A DNA stretch of 64,000 nucleotides, taken from positions 18,774 to 82,773 of the forward strand of contig JANLHI010000031.1 in the NCBI GenBank assembly GCA_024654525.1, in the 5' to 3' direction. This DNA is from Patescibacteria group bacterium (GTDB taxonomy: Bacteria; Patescibacteriota; Minisyncoccia; UBA6257; 2-01-FULL-56-20). Under the pieces are notes generated by a model. The model ran no database searches. It was given only the letters and a program-made list of their open reading frames with translations, and was not told where the DNA came from. Below are positions 29,487 through 39,850 of this stretch, piece after piece (within the stretch, counting starts at the first letter, position 1; each line of letters opens with the position of its first letter). The translations under genes and the position numbers were made by a program.

Positions 29487-30368
29487 ATGAAAATTGATTC
29501 TTTTTTTTCGAAGTCTGACCGAGCGCGAAAGATGCGGCGTCGGCGTATTGTTATGATCTGTATCGCGGGGTCTGTGGGAATGGGAATGATTGGCGTGATA
29601 TGGATAGTGAGATATGCGCCGATATTTCAATTGAAGAATATTGTGATACGTGGCAATGTGCACGAACAGTCTTCTGATGTGCATGACGCAGTACTCAGTA
29701 CTCTTTTCGAAGGAAGTATATTCCGAAATGTTTTTGGCACGGATCATATGTTTTCATGGTCAAACAAAGAATTTCGAAATCTCGCGTTTCTTCCGGAAGT
29801 TTTGCGTGTCCAAGTTTCAAAAAATTATTTTGCGCGTACGGTGTATATTGATGTGACCGAACGGGTACGAGAGGGGATTTGGTGTCGTATGGCGTTTACT
29901 GACGATGATAATGAGGCGTTATCAGACATTGATGAAACGCCGACTCGCATTCTTTCTCAAGCTTTCTCTCGTGGATGCTGGTGGTTTGATAAGGGAGGAG
30001 TTCTTTTTGCTCGCGCACCTGGAGGAGAGGGGGGGTTACTCCGTACTCTCAAGGATTATTCAGATCGATCACTTGGCGTTGGAGATTCTATATTACCATC
30101 GCCACTCATGGAAAATATTTTTTCCGTTTTTGTTGCGCTCGAAAAGAACGGTATTATTGCGCGAGAAGTGCGTCTTGACGACCTTACGAGTGAGGATATA
30201 CAAGTCGTTACCGCACAGGGTCCTCTTCTCTATTTCAGTCTAAGATTTTCCACAGAAAACATTACGAGCGTATTACGGGATGCATTTCTCGGCTTGGGGA
30301 AATTTCCTCCCGTTTCAAAATTGCACTATCTGGATTTCAGAGTGGAAAACAGGGTGTACTACAAGTAA
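29487..30368 (+). CDS. FtsQ/DivIB-like cell-division protein (TM plus POTRA-like)
   Basis: Basic N-terminus, one TM, FQLKNIVIRGN POTRA-like start. Confidence 0.5.
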   Translation: MKIDSFFSKSDRARKMRRRRIVMICIAGSVGMGMIGVIWIVRYAPIFQLKNIVIRGNVHEQSSDVHDAVLSTLFEGSIFRNVFGTDHMFSWSNKEFRNLAFLPEVLRVQVSKNYFARTVYIDVTERVREGIWCRMAFTDDDNEALSDIDETPTRILSQAFSRGCWWFDKGGVLFARAPGGEGGLLRTLKDYSDRSLGVGDSILPSPLMENIFSVFVALEKNGIIAREVRLDDLTSEDIQVVTAQGPLLYFSLRFSTENITSVLRDAFLGLGKFPPVSKLHYLDFRVENRVYYK

Positions 30369-30453
30369 ACTTTCAAACGTATAACTTATGACCAATAACC
30401 AACAATGCACCACGAGGGTTTTTCTATGTGTGGTAGGTTGCTGGTTAAACGCG

Positions 30454-32361
30454 TTAGAGTTTGTAGATGAAGATTGATGTCCCTGCGCGTGCATCGGGTT
30501 TCGGAATTATGCCGATACCAGACGGAGAGGAGTGAGTGTCAGTGAGTTTCTCGGCACGGCTCGAGATAAGCCATTGATATTCGTCTTCCGGTTTACGTTC
30601 GAATCCTTTCTCTTTCGGTTGTACCGCGTTTTGAAGCGTATTGATTGACACCGCGAGCCAGTGAATGTCGTGCAAAGCAGGGTTTCCTTTTGAGGAGTTC
30701 CAATCAACTGCAGTGTCGCCAAGATAATAATGAGGATTTCCTCCCCCGAAATAATCTACTGCAATCGTGTGTATTTCCGGGTGGGATCGTGTAAATGATT
30801 GAAGTGCGAGAAGATCTTGTCCCCAGTCGTAATTCGAATCGGTGGCGTAGCGGTAACCGTTCCACGTGCCTCCTCCGATTTCATTGAAGTAAGAGAGGAA
30901 ATGGGGAGTGGCAAATGCAACTTCCGTGAAGAACCAGAAACCGAGGAATATTATGATCGTCCAGTGTATGGTTGCATACGTCATGCGCGCGAGTGACAAA
31001 AAACGTTCGCGGATTCGGGCAAGTTGTATCATGAGTTTTGTTTTCCATGCGTGCGTGGCGAGTATGTATATAAGAGGAAGAGTGGGAATGATATGACGAA
31101 TACCAATATTCAAATTACTTTTTATACTCCATCCCCAATAGAGCGCGATGAAAATGCCGAGCGCCCATGCATCAAAGTTTTTCCCTATTTTTTCGGGTAT
31201 TTTCTTTATGGAGCGGAGTGATTTCGAGAGAGCGATTAGTCCTGTGATTATCGCAACAAGAACAAAGATGAGGGAGGGAAGTGGTTCTTTTAATGCGTAC
31301 ATTATCGGGAAGTACCATGAAGATCCGGTTGCTGACACATTACCGAGAAAATATCCCGTATTGCCTCCATGCGCGCGCTGGATGACCATAAGAACTCCCA
31401 ATGCATATTCTGCAAGTGGGCGTGTAAGGGGGTTGTGTGTCGCCGCGATAGTGGCATCTGCAACGCAACGAAGGGGCGTACACAGTGTGTGTGGTGAGGT
31501 ACGCCCCCCTTCAAACGACGAGAGTATGAATTCTGTGTCGGCGCTTTGGCGTGCAGGAGGATATTGAAGTGTAAAAAGTGAATAGACGGGATATACCACA
31601 AATGCATATGCCGCAAATACGATGAGTGATGTTTTGATAATCATGTCGCGTGCATTGCGCACAAGCGAGTCGCGCGATGTTCGGGGCATAGTCCATACTT
31701 TAAGTAGTGCCAGAATAAAAAAATAAGGAATGAGCAATACTGCGGAAAATTTCATAAGTTGCGCAACGCCGAGTGCTATGCCCGCATAAAAGAGAGAGTG
31801 TTGCGAGGGTGTGCGTAGAAAGCGTAGCATTGCCCATAGTGCAATTACGATGCCGAATGTCGCGGCAACATCCGTAGTCACATAGTGGCCGTGAGCAAGT
31901 ATTGTGGGGTTGAGAGCGAAAAGTGTCGTAGGGACAAGACTCCACCATGACCCGAACCATTCCCGCGACCAAAAGTACACTACTATAATAGTGAGTAGAG
32001 TAATGAATATGGGGCCTATGCGTGCGATACGAATCAAGGTGTCTGCATTATTGCCGGATTCATAAAGAAATGCGGTTCCCATATCCCACTGACCGTTTAT
32101 ATCCGATTGCCACGCACTATGTGTTTCGGGGAATGTGGGGTTTATCGCGAGAAGAGGAAATCCCGCAAGTGCTTTAAGGAGTGGAGGGTGTTCGGGGTTC
32201 AAGCGATAGTCGAATGTATGTACGTAAGAATATCCTGCGGGAATGTGCGCAAGCTCGTCCATGATTGCCGAGTCGGTGAAAGTTCCCCACGTGAGAAGTG
32301 CGGTTGTGATGATGAGCAGTATGCCAAGGCATAACAAGGGGGCATAGTGACGGATGCGCAT
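30454..32361 (-). CDS. glycosyltransferase family 39 (PMT/ArnT-like) polytopic membrane protein
   Basis: DELAHIPAGYSY...NPEHPPLLK first-loop signature; more than 10 TM helices and a C-terminal periplasmic domain. Confidence 0.6.
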   Translation of the reverse strand: MRIRHYAPLLCLGILLIITTALLTWGTFTDSAIMDELAHIPAGYSYVHTFDYRLNPEHPPLLKALAGFPLLAINPTFPETHSAWQSDINGQWDMGTAFLYESGNNADTLIRIARIGPIFITLLTIIVVYFWSREWFGSWWSLVPTTLFALNPTILAHGHYVTTDVAATFGIVIALWAMLRFLRTPSQHSLFYAGIALGVAQLMKFSAVLLIPYFFILALLKVWTMPRTSRDSLVRNARDMIIKTSLIVFAAYAFVVYPVYSLFTLQYPPARQSADTEFILSSFEGGRTSPHTLCTPLRCVADATIAATHNPLTRPLAEYALGVLMVIQRAHGGNTGYFLGNVSATGSSWYFPIMYALKEPLPSLIFVLVAIITGLIALSKSLRSIKKIPEKIGKNFDAWALGIFIALYWGWSIKSNLNIGIRHIIPTLPLIYILATHAWKTKLMIQLARIRERFLSLARMTYATIHWTIIIFLGFWFFTEVAFATPHFLSYFNEIGGGTWNGYRYATDSNYDWGQDLLALQSFTRSHPEIHTIAVDYFGGGNPHYYLGDTAVDWNSSKGNPALHDIHWLAVSINTLQNAVQPKEKGFERKPEDEYQWLISSRAEKLTDTHSSPSGIGIIPKPDARAGTSIFIYKL

Positions 32362-32405
32362 GTGGTTATTTGTGATTATTATAGAATGAGTTCACAATAG
32401 CAACG

Positions 32406-34424
32406 ATGGATGACTTTTCAAAGCGCAGGCAATCATTGTCGGATATCCGTATACCACGGGCATCCGTATCTCACGAAGCGCGCGTGCGTGATAATGGGAA
32501 TGCACCAAAAAGAACATTGCATGATGGTCCTCCTCGCCATGGAGTACCCGGGGTGTTTCGTATTGGAATATTGTTTTTCAGTGTGGCGGTCATGGTATAT
32601 ATCATTATAACCGCCGTGGTGGCGGCGCGAGTGCCTCAATCGGTTTCCATAAGCACGGAACATATCAACGAAGGAGTGAAAAATCTTTGGGATCTTGATG
32701 CGGAAGGAGCCATGGAAAATTTTGGGAAAGTAAAAAAAGAAATTTCTTTGTTTTCTCCCGGCGAGTTGAGCATCTTACAGCCCTTCTTTTCAAGTGCAAC
32801 CGGAATTCTTTCCGGTATCTCGGGAATTGCAGGATCGGGGATCGCGGTTGCAGAGGACATTGACTATATTCAGACTCATGCAGTTGATATTTTGACGGGG
32901 TATGATGATAACGATGTGGTGGTCAGGCTTGAACGTGTTCGCGATGTACTCGCTGACATTCGGGGTGATACGCAGGCAGTTACGTCTCATGCTTCGACAT
33001 TAGGAGAGAAAACATCAATTTTTTCTGAGCTTATAACCCCTTATTCTTTTGACATCGCCACATTCGAACAATTTTTAGACACGATAATTGTGTGGTTGCG
33101 CAATCCCTCGGGAAGGAAAATAATCGTTGCGTTTCAAAATCCCGCCGAAATGCGTCCTGCAGGAGGTTTTTTTGGAAGTTTTGCCGAGGTTGAATTACGT
33201 GATGGTATTCTTACGTCGTCGACCGTACGCGATATTGTCGAGGCGGATCGTGAATTTGATGATAATGTGATTCCTCCCGCGCCATTACAGTCGCTTGTCC
33301 GTCGATGGAAGGCTGCGGATTCCAATTGGTTTTTTGATTTCCCGTTGTCCGCCGATCATATGATTTCGTTTCTCGAACATTCGAATTTATATCAAAATAC
33401 ATCCACTACGTTTGATGGGCTTGTCGCAATTTCGCCGAAAATAGCGAAAGATATTCTTTCGATTACGGGACCGGTTGAGGTGGAAGGTCTTGGAATTCTT
33501 ACCGCAGATACTTTTCTCGAAGAACTTCAGAAAAGCGTACAAACCGAGCAAGCGGCCGGCAGTGACATCCCCAAACAATCACTCGCTATTTTTTTTGAGC
33601 GCATACGTACGCATGTACATGAGTTTAATGATGTTCAAAAAAAACAATTATTTGACATGATTGGCACGTGGTTGCGTGCGCGCGAGGTGATGATATTTGT
33701 TAAAGACGCGCCTCTTGAAGGGATGATAAAGTATTATGGTGCGGGCGGAGAGGTGTATAATCCTCCCGACGATTTTGAAGGAGATTACCTCGCGGTAGTG
33801 GACGCGAATGTAGGAGGAGGAAAAACAGATCGTTTTATTGCACAAAAAGTGGTATTTGAGAGTCAGCTTGACGAGCAGGGTATTGTAAACAATCACCTTG
33901 TTATCGAGCGAACTCACCAAGGCGATAAGAGTCCATATTGGTGGAATCGTCTTGCGAACGATAACTATGTGCAGATATTCGTTCCCGAGCGTGCGCGTCT
34001 TGTTAATATTTCCGGAGGGTCGAAGGTGAGTGCGTCCCCCAGGCGTTACGGAGGCGATTTTCAGGACGATCCTCTTGTTGCGGAGATAGAGCGTGGCACT
34101 AATGTTGATATTGCATTTCCGCAGATTACTTCTCATGTCGAATCGGGTAAGCGAGTGTTTGCGACTCGTATGGTAACTCCGCTGAAGAGCTCGTCTAAAG
34201 TAGTAGTGGATTATTCTCATCGTCTTTTTGTCGCGCCAAGCGAGGGAACGCGCTATCAATTTGTATTTGAAAAACAGGCGGGGTCGCTACGGGAATATCA
34301 TTTTTCTATCAGTGCACCTGTTGGGTTTTTCTTTCGTGAGAATCAGCTTCCTGTATGGAGTTATATCTCCTTTGACCCTCCGGGGAGATTTATGGTAAGT
34401 CTCACACTTCAAAAGTTGCAATAA
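32406..34424 (+). CDS. DUF4012-like membrane-anchored protein
   Basis: One TM; FQNPAEMRPAGGFFGSFAEV motif characteristic of the DUF4012 family; 672 aa. Confidence 0.55.
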   Translation: MDDFSKRRQSLSDIRIPRASVSHEARVRDNGNAPKRTLHDGPPRHGVPGVFRIGILFFSVAVMVYIIITAVVAARVPQSVSISTEHINEGVKNLWDLDAEGAMENFGKVKKEISLFSPGELSILQPFFSSATGILSGISGIAGSGIAVAEDIDYIQTHAVDILTGYDDNDVVVRLERVRDVLADIRGDTQAVTSHASTLGEKTSIFSELITPYSFDIATFEQFLDTIIVWLRNPSGRKIIVAFQNPAEMRPAGGFFGSFAEVELRDGILTSSTVRDIVEADREFDDNVIPPAPLQSLVRRWKAADSNWFFDFPLSADHMISFLEHSNLYQNTSTTFDGLVAISPKIAKDILSITGPVEVEGLGILTADTFLEELQKSVQTEQAAGSDIPKQSLAIFFERIRTHVHEFNDVQKKQLFDMIGTWLRAREVMIFVKDAPLEGMIKYYGAGGEVYNPPDDFEGDYLAVVDANVGGGKTDRFIAQKVVFESQLDEQGIVNNHLVIERTHQGDKSPYWWNRLANDNYVQIFVPERARLVNISGGSKVSASPRRYGGDFQDDPLVAEIERGTNVDIAFPQITSHVESGKRVFATRMVTPLKSSSKVVVDYSHRLFVAPSEGTRYQFVFEKQAGSLREYHFSISAPVGFFFRENQLPVWSYISFDPPGRFMVSLTLQKLQ

Positions 34425-34431
34425 TTTTCGA

Positions 34432-36348
34432 TTGTCGTATAAGTTCTCTATGAATAACATTAGAAATTTTGTAATTATTGCCCATATTGACTCTGGGAAG
34501 TCGACTCTTGCAGATCGACTTCTTGAAACTACAGGGACGGTTGCTATGCGGACCATGCGCCCTCAATATCTCGACCAGCTCGATCTTGAGAGGGAGCGGG
34601 GAATCACGATTAAAATGGCGCCTGTGCGAATGAATTATCGGCTGGGAATATTGAATAAGAAATCTGGAATAGAGAATAGTGTTATAGAGGGTTCCTCGTC
34701 ACATGCCACATTTGACATGCCCCATTCTTCAAATTCAGAATATATTCTCAATTTAATCGATACTCCCGGGCATTCCGATTTTTCATACGAAGTGTCGCGT
34801 GCGCTTGAGGCGGTGGAGGGGGCGGTATTGCTTGTGGATGGAACAAAAGGAATTCAAGCACAGACCCTTGCAAATCTCCGCGCCGCACGGCGATCAAAGC
34901 TTACTATCATTGGTGCAGTCAATAAAATAGATGTTGCATCCGTTGCGGTGGAATCGGTAGTATCGTCCGTTGCGGAATTGCTTGGCGTGGCGCATGAGGA
35001 CATATTAAAGATTTCCGCAAAAACCGGAGAAGGGGTGGAAGAACTTCTCCAAAAAGTGACCACGCATATTCCTCCGCCGCGAACAGACGTCCATCTTGGT
35101 GGGATTGGTGTGTCTCGCGCGCTTATTTTTGATTCTTTTTATGACGATCATAAAGGAGTGGTGGCGTTCGTTCGCGTATTCGGAGGCGCATTGCGTGCGG
35201 GAGAGGAGATTACGTGTGCTGCAACACATGGCAAAATACGTATAAAGGAAGTGGGTCGTTTTGCTCCGAAACTTACACCTTGCGAGATTCTTGAAGAGGG
35301 AGAAATAGGATATGTTGCCACAGGATTGAAAGAGCCAACGCTTGTGAAAATAGGGGATACTATCATCGGGTCTCAAAGTGCCGACGGTACGCGCCGGACA
35401 GTCGATGCCAAGAGTCTTGCGTTACCGGGATACCGCGAACCGCAGCCGGTAGTATTTATTTCTTTCTACCCTGATGGAGACTCAAAGTTCGAAGATTTAG
35501 AGAGAGCGCTCGCACGTTTGAAGCTGAATGACGCAGCTCTTTACTTTGAACCGGATTCCAACGAAGCGCTTGGGCGCGGTTTCAAAGTGGGATTTTTGGG
35601 ACAGCTCCACTTTGAAATTGCGGCGAGCCGTCTTACCAGAGAATTTAATTTGTCGTTTCTCACCAGCTTTCCGTCTATAGCGTACAAGGTAAAGGAGGGT
35701 TTGACGACGCGCATTATCACGCAACCTCAAGATTTTCCTTTAAAGCCGGATAAGGTCTGGGAGCCGGTAATTAAACTGGAAATTGTGATGCCTCCCGCAT
35801 ATCTCAATCAAGTGCTTGGATTACAACATGTATTCGAGTTTTCCGTGGATGAGATACAAAATCTCGGAGTGCATCTTGCGTTGACGGCTCACATGCCATT
35901 GCGGGAATTAATACGGGACTTTGATGATCGTCTCAAGTCCGCTTCGGCAGGGTTTGCATCTTTCAGTTACGAGCTTGCAGGAGAAGTGGAGAGTGATGTT
36001 GAGAAGCTGGAGATTCTTCTTGCGGGGGAAATGATTCCTGCGCTTACTCGTATAGTGATCAGGGCAAGCGCCGAGCATGAAGCACGTCAAACCGTGGAGC
36101 GGTTGAAAAATGTATTGCCACAACAACAGTTTACTCAAGCGATTCAAGCGCGTGTCGAAGGAAGGATTCTTGCGCGCGAGACGGTTCCTGCCATGAAGAA
36201 GAGTCTTGGTAATTTTGGGAAGAATGGAGGAGATAGAACAAGAAAAATGAAACTTTGGAAGAAGCAACAGGAAGGAAAGAAGAAGTTGCTTAGTATGGCG
36301 CGGGTGAATCTTTCCCCCGAAGTGTTTCGGGAAATACTTAAAAAATAG
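34432..36348 (+). CDS. lepA: elongation factor 4 (LepA)
   Basis: IIAHIDSGKST, LIDTPGHSDFSYEVSRALEAVEGAVLLVDGTKGIQAQTLAN. The LepA-specific C-terminal domain is present, and an ~25-aa insertion follows the G2 region. Confidence 0.9.
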   Translation: MSYKFSMNNIRNFVIIAHIDSGKSTLADRLLETTGTVAMRTMRPQYLDQLDLERERGITIKMAPVRMNYRLGILNKKSGIENSVIEGSSSHATFDMPHSSNSEYILNLIDTPGHSDFSYEVSRALEAVEGAVLLVDGTKGIQAQTLANLRAARRSKLTIIGAVNKIDVASVAVESVVSSVAELLGVAHEDILKISAKTGEGVEELLQKVTTHIPPPRTDVHLGGIGVSRALIFDSFYDDHKGVVAFVRVFGGALRAGEEITCAATHGKIRIKEVGRFAPKLTPCEILEEGEIGYVATGLKEPTLVKIGDTIIGSQSADGTRRTVDAKSLALPGYREPQPVVFISFYPDGDSKFEDLERALARLKLNDAALYFEPDSNEALGRGFKVGFLGQLHFEIAASRLTREFNLSFLTSFPSIAYKVKEGLTTRIITQPQDFPLKPDKVWEPVIKLEIVMPPAYLNQVLGLQHVFEFSVDEIQNLGVHLALTAHMPLRELIRDFDDRLKSASAGFASFSYELAGEVESDVEKLEILLAGEMIPALTRIVIRASAEHEARQTVERLKNVLPQQQFTQAIQARVEGRILARETVPAMKKSLGNFGKNGGDRTRKMKLWKKQQEGKKKLLSMARVNLSPEVFREILKK

Positions 36349-36435
36349 TCAACATTCTATGGATTATGACGGAATTCTTGGCTAATCCGGTCTGTGTAAT
36401 TAGTTATCAGTTACAAGTTGTTGTAAGCTTTATAC

Positions 36436-36732
36436 ATGCGTATTGCGGCAATTTTTGCGTTGGGGCTTGTTATCGTGGTGATTGGGGTTGAGTCTTATCA
36501 ATTTTTCCAAGAGGGGAATGTGCTTCAACGGGATTTTTTAAAGCAACGCGAAATGGTGGAGCGTACCACGCGTGAAACTGTTTCACTTCAATCGAATCTT
36601 GATTACTTTGCAAAACCGGAAAATTTGGAAAAAGAAATTCGTGCGCGATTCAACTATCGCGATGCGGATGAAAAAATGTATATTATTGTTCCACCACATA
36701 CTGTATCTTCGTCCGTTGAAACACCCGAATAA
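36436..36732 (+). CDS. FtsB/DivIC-like septum-formation protein (TM plus coiled coil)
   Basis: 98 aa with an N-terminal TM and a coiled-coil segment. Confidence 0.4.
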   Translation: MRIAAIFALGLVIVVIGVESYQFFQEGNVLQRDFLKQREMVERTTRETVSLQSNLDYFAKPENLEKEIRARFNYRDADEKMYIIVPPHTVSSSVETPE

Positions 36733-36740
36733 TTATCGGT

Positions 36741-37307
36741 ATGAAGCAATATTTATTTTTTCTTATAATTGTGGGAGTAGTAGGGCTCATCGCTATTGTG
36801 ATACGTGGAGGTTACTATCCTATTGCGTTGGTGGGGAATACGGTACTTTTTGCGAAGGAATTTAAGACGCATTATCGTGTTGCCGAGACATATTACCGTA
36901 ATGCGGCTGCATCGTACGGAGTAACGAGCACGGTGCCGTTTGCGCAGCTGGAGCGGATGGCGATGGCATCCCTCATTGAAGGGGCGCTTATTCACACCGA
37001 AATACAAGAGGAAATTGAAAACAATGTCGATGTGTTAGTGAAGGATCGTATTGATAAATTCATGTCCGATACCGAATTGTTACAAGCGGCAAAAGTGCTC
37101 TATGGCACATCTGCCGAAGAGCTTCGCGATGTAATTCTTGTGCCACAGGCGGAACGCGAAATTCTTACGGGAAATCTGTTTTTGCGTGGAGAACGTTTGG
37201 ATGATTGGCTTGTGTCGGCGAAGAAAGAAAAGCGCATTGTTATTTTTGTTGGAGGATTTGGTGATGTCGAAATTCACGAAGAAGGTGCGGGTGTTCCGGT
37301 GCAATAA
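36741..37307 (+). CDS. hypothetical membrane-anchored protein
   Basis: N-terminal TM; no family signature. Confidence 0.35.
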   Translation: MKQYLFFLIIVGVVGLIAIVIRGGYYPIALVGNTVLFAKEFKTHYRVAETYYRNAAASYGVTSTVPFAQLERMAMASLIEGALIHTEIQEEIENNVDVLVKDRIDKFMSDTELLQAAKVLYGTSAEELRDVILVPQAEREILTGNLFLRGERLDDWLVSAKKEKRIVIFVGGFGDVEIHEEGAGVPVQ

Positions 37308-37333
37308 CGCGAGATATTTGAGAATTTTAGTCT

Positions 37334-38047
37334 TTGTGGTATCAAAAAAGGAAGGGGTTTTATATTTATAGTATGACGCGAGAGGATTTGATTGCAGAAC
37401 TTATTGAACAAGGGTGTCTCCATACACCGGCACTTATCCGTGCGTTTCAAAACGTCGATAGGGGTGATTTTGTGCCTGATTACTTGCAGAAAGAAGCATA
37501 TGAAAATTATCCTTTACCGATAGGGCTTGGACAGACGATGTCACAACCGCTCACCGTGGCGTTTATGTTCGAGCTTTTGATGCCGCAGATTGGAAATACT
37601 ATTCTTGAGATAGGAGCGGGGTCTGGTTGGCAAACCACACTACTGGGATATGTAGTGAGCGAAGGTACCCCCCCTGATTTATTGCAACATGTTCCTAATA
37701 TCATTGCGGTGGAACGTCTTTCGGAAATTAAAAAAATGGCGGAGAGAAATATAGCAAAATACGGCATGATAGAACGGGGAATCGTAAAGATTGCGCTTGG
37801 AGACGGATCCAAGGGGAACGCATCACACGTGTCTTACGATCGAATTATTTCCGCCGCATCGGCACATAGAGTTCCCGTTGCATGGAAAGAACAATTGCGT
37901 ATTGGTGGGCGTATTGTGGCGCCGGTTGACGATACTATCGAAGTGCATGAGAAGATTACCTCGAGCGACTTTAATATTCGAATTTATCACGGATTTAGTT
38001 TTGTGCCGCTTGTGGAAGATGACGGAGGAGATGGGTATAGCGGTTAA
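37334..38047 (+). CDS. pcm: protein-L-isoaspartate O-methyltransferase
   Basis: GQTMSQP, ILEIGAGSGWQT SAM-binding motif. The start is more likely the ATG at 37373 (MTREDL). Confidence 0.85.
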   Translation: MWYQKRKGFYIYSMTREDLIAELIEQGCLHTPALIRAFQNVDRGDFVPDYLQKEAYENYPLPIGLGQTMSQPLTVAFMFELLMPQIGNTILEIGAGSGWQTTLLGYVVSEGTPPDLLQHVPNIIAVERLSEIKKMAERNIAKYGMIERGIVKIALGDGSKGNASHVSYDRIISAASAHRVPVAWKEQLRIGGRIVAPVDDTIEVHEKITSSDFNIRIYHGFSFVPLVEDDGGDGYSG

Positions 38048-38056
38048 GCTTTTTTG

Positions 38057-38127
38057 AGCGGGATAAGGGAATCGAACCCTCGTTTCAACCTTGGGAAGGT
38101 CGTGTACTGCCACTGTACTAATCCCGC
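38057..38127 (-). tRNA. tRNA-Gly (anticodon CCC)
   Basis: Reverse complement folds as GCGGGAT acceptor, GTAC/GTAC D-stem, CGACC-TTCCCAA-GGTTG anticodon arm, GAGGG-TTCGATT-CCCTT T-arm, ATCCCGC-T 3' end. Confidence 0.8.
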
Positions 38128-38313
38128 TTTCGTTGCGCACCTTTCTATTTGCAGAACATTATGGATTGTACCTAGTGTGGGAGCGGTCTTCAAGGAGGCG
38201 AGTATTATAGTAATACCTTACCCTCGCAATAAAGATATTATCGGGCTGGAGCTGACATACTATTTGATAATCTCATCCTATAAGATACGCGATTGTTGAG
38301 CGTCTTGGTTTTT

Positions 38314-39084
38314 CTATTTCGTTTTTCTTGCAAGTGACAATATAAAAAATACTGCCGCAACCATTACTATCGTGGGGCCGGTTGAGAGGGAGTATATGGA
38401 AGCGACGGCAAAACCAATTCCTACCGAGAGTACCGCGATAAGCATAGAAAGAGAAAGAAACATTCCAAGTGTATGTGAAAATTGACGTGCGGCGGATGCG
38501 GGGATGATAATGAGTGATCCTGCAAGAAGCGCGCCAAGAAATCGTAGTCCCAAAAGAACCGTGAGCGCGAAGACAAGGAGAAACACGAGGTGGAGTATTC
38601 TTGTATTTATTTTTGTGGCGACTGCGAGGTCTTCCGAGAAGAGTCCGATGATAAGTTTATGGCGGAGTATCAAAAGCGTTGCGATAACAAACATGCTTGC
38701 AACGATTCCGAATGTGAATTCTCCGTACGAGAGTATTCCGAATCCTCCGAAAAGCGCATCAATCAACTCCTCATTCGAATTGATAAGAAGTGCTCCAAGT
38801 GCCACAGAGCTTGAGAATATAACTCCAATTGCGGCTTCCGACGACAACGATGTTTTCTTTTCAAGTTGCCAAATGATTATTGTCCCGATGAGAAGAGTTG
38901 TTGCGCCTCCTACAAGGGGATTTATATTCCAGATAAGTGCCAGGCCAAGTCCCGGGATTGCGATGTGAGAGATTACATCTCCCGCAAGCACGGTTCGTTT
39001 CATAAGTGCAAAAGATCCCACAAGCCCTGCTGCGGCAGCGGCGAAGATGGCAAGCGTTATCGCATAGAAAGAAGGAGGTATCAT
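38314..39084 (-). CDS. metal (Zn/Mn) ABC transporter permease
   Basis: ABC-3 family polytopic permease (8 TM). Confidence 0.8.
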   Translation of the reverse strand: MIPPSFYAITLAIFAAAAAGLVGSFALMKRTVLAGDVISHIAIPGLGLALIWNINPLVGGATTLLIGTIIIWQLEKKTSLSSEAAIGVIFSSSVALGALLINSNEELIDALFGGFGILSYGEFTFGIVASMFVIATLLILRHKLIIGLFSEDLAVATKINTRILHLVFLLVFALTVLLGLRFLGALLAGSLIIIPASAARQFSHTLGMFLSLSMLIAVLSVGIGFAVASIYSLSTGPTIVMVAAVFFILSLARKTK

Positions 39085-39803
39085 GAATGGTGAGTATGAT
39101 CGTGAAGATGGTGGAAATATTTATGCGGTCCGCCGTAGAGTGTTTCAAGCATATGTATATCAAGTGCTTCTTTCGGGGTTCCGAAACAGACATTTACTTT
39201 ATTAAGGCAGAGTACTTTTGTGGCATGGCGGTATACGAAACTTAAATCATGAGAAATGACAATCGCAGTAAGACGATACTCGTCTTGTAGTCGGTGAAGA
39301 AGTTCGTAAATTTGTTCTTCTCCGGGTTTGTCGATGCTTGCCGTGGGTTCATCGAAAAGAAGAATAGTGGGCTTCCCCAAGAGTGCAAACGCGATGAGTG
39401 CTCTTTGGAATTCTCCTCCCGATAAATGTCCTACGGGAATTTGTGCAATCCGAGTAGTAAGTCCTACGCTATGCAGTGCATGTAAAATATCAGAATCAGG
39501 AAATTTTAATATTTTCGCTTTCGCACGAAGAAGATTAATGGTGGAAATGGGGAGGTGTCGATCCGCTTCTATTTTTTGTGGCACATAGCCGATTCTTGCT
39601 GAAGGATTCCATTCAATTTTCCCCGTTGAGGGAAGCATGCCAAGGAGCGTGCGCAAGAGTACGGTTTTTCCCGAGCCGTTTGGTCCGATGATGACAAGTG
39701 TTTCGCCCTCTTCTATCCCGAAGCTGACATTGGAGAGCGCATGGTGTCCACCAAGAGCTACCGAAAGATTTTGCACGTCGAGTACGAGGGGCATATGCCG
39801 CAT
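39081..39803 (-). CDS. metal ABC transporter ATP-binding protein
   Basis: GPNGSGKT Walker A, LSGGEFQR signature, LLFDEPTASID Walker B. Confidence 0.85.
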   Translation of the reverse strand: MRHMPLVLDVQNLSVALGGHHALSNVSFGIEEGETLVIIGPNGSGKTVLLRTLLGMLPSTGKIEWNPSARIGYVPQKIEADRHLPISTINLLRAKAKILKFPDSDILHALHSVGLTTRIAQIPVGHLSGGEFQRALIAFALLGKPTILLFDEPTASIDKPGEEQIYELLHRLQDEYRLTAIVISHDLSFVYRHATKVLCLNKVNVCFGTPKEALDIHMLETLYGGPHKYFHHLHDHTHHS

Positions 39804-39850
39804 TTTACCTTTATTTTTATGCCTTATACAATAGCAACCTTCCCAATTCC

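Noticed and set aside
33648-34259. ORF 33648-34259 on the minus strand (203 aa)
   Set aside because: Antisense to the DUF4012 gene; Arg/Ile-rich shadow ORF.
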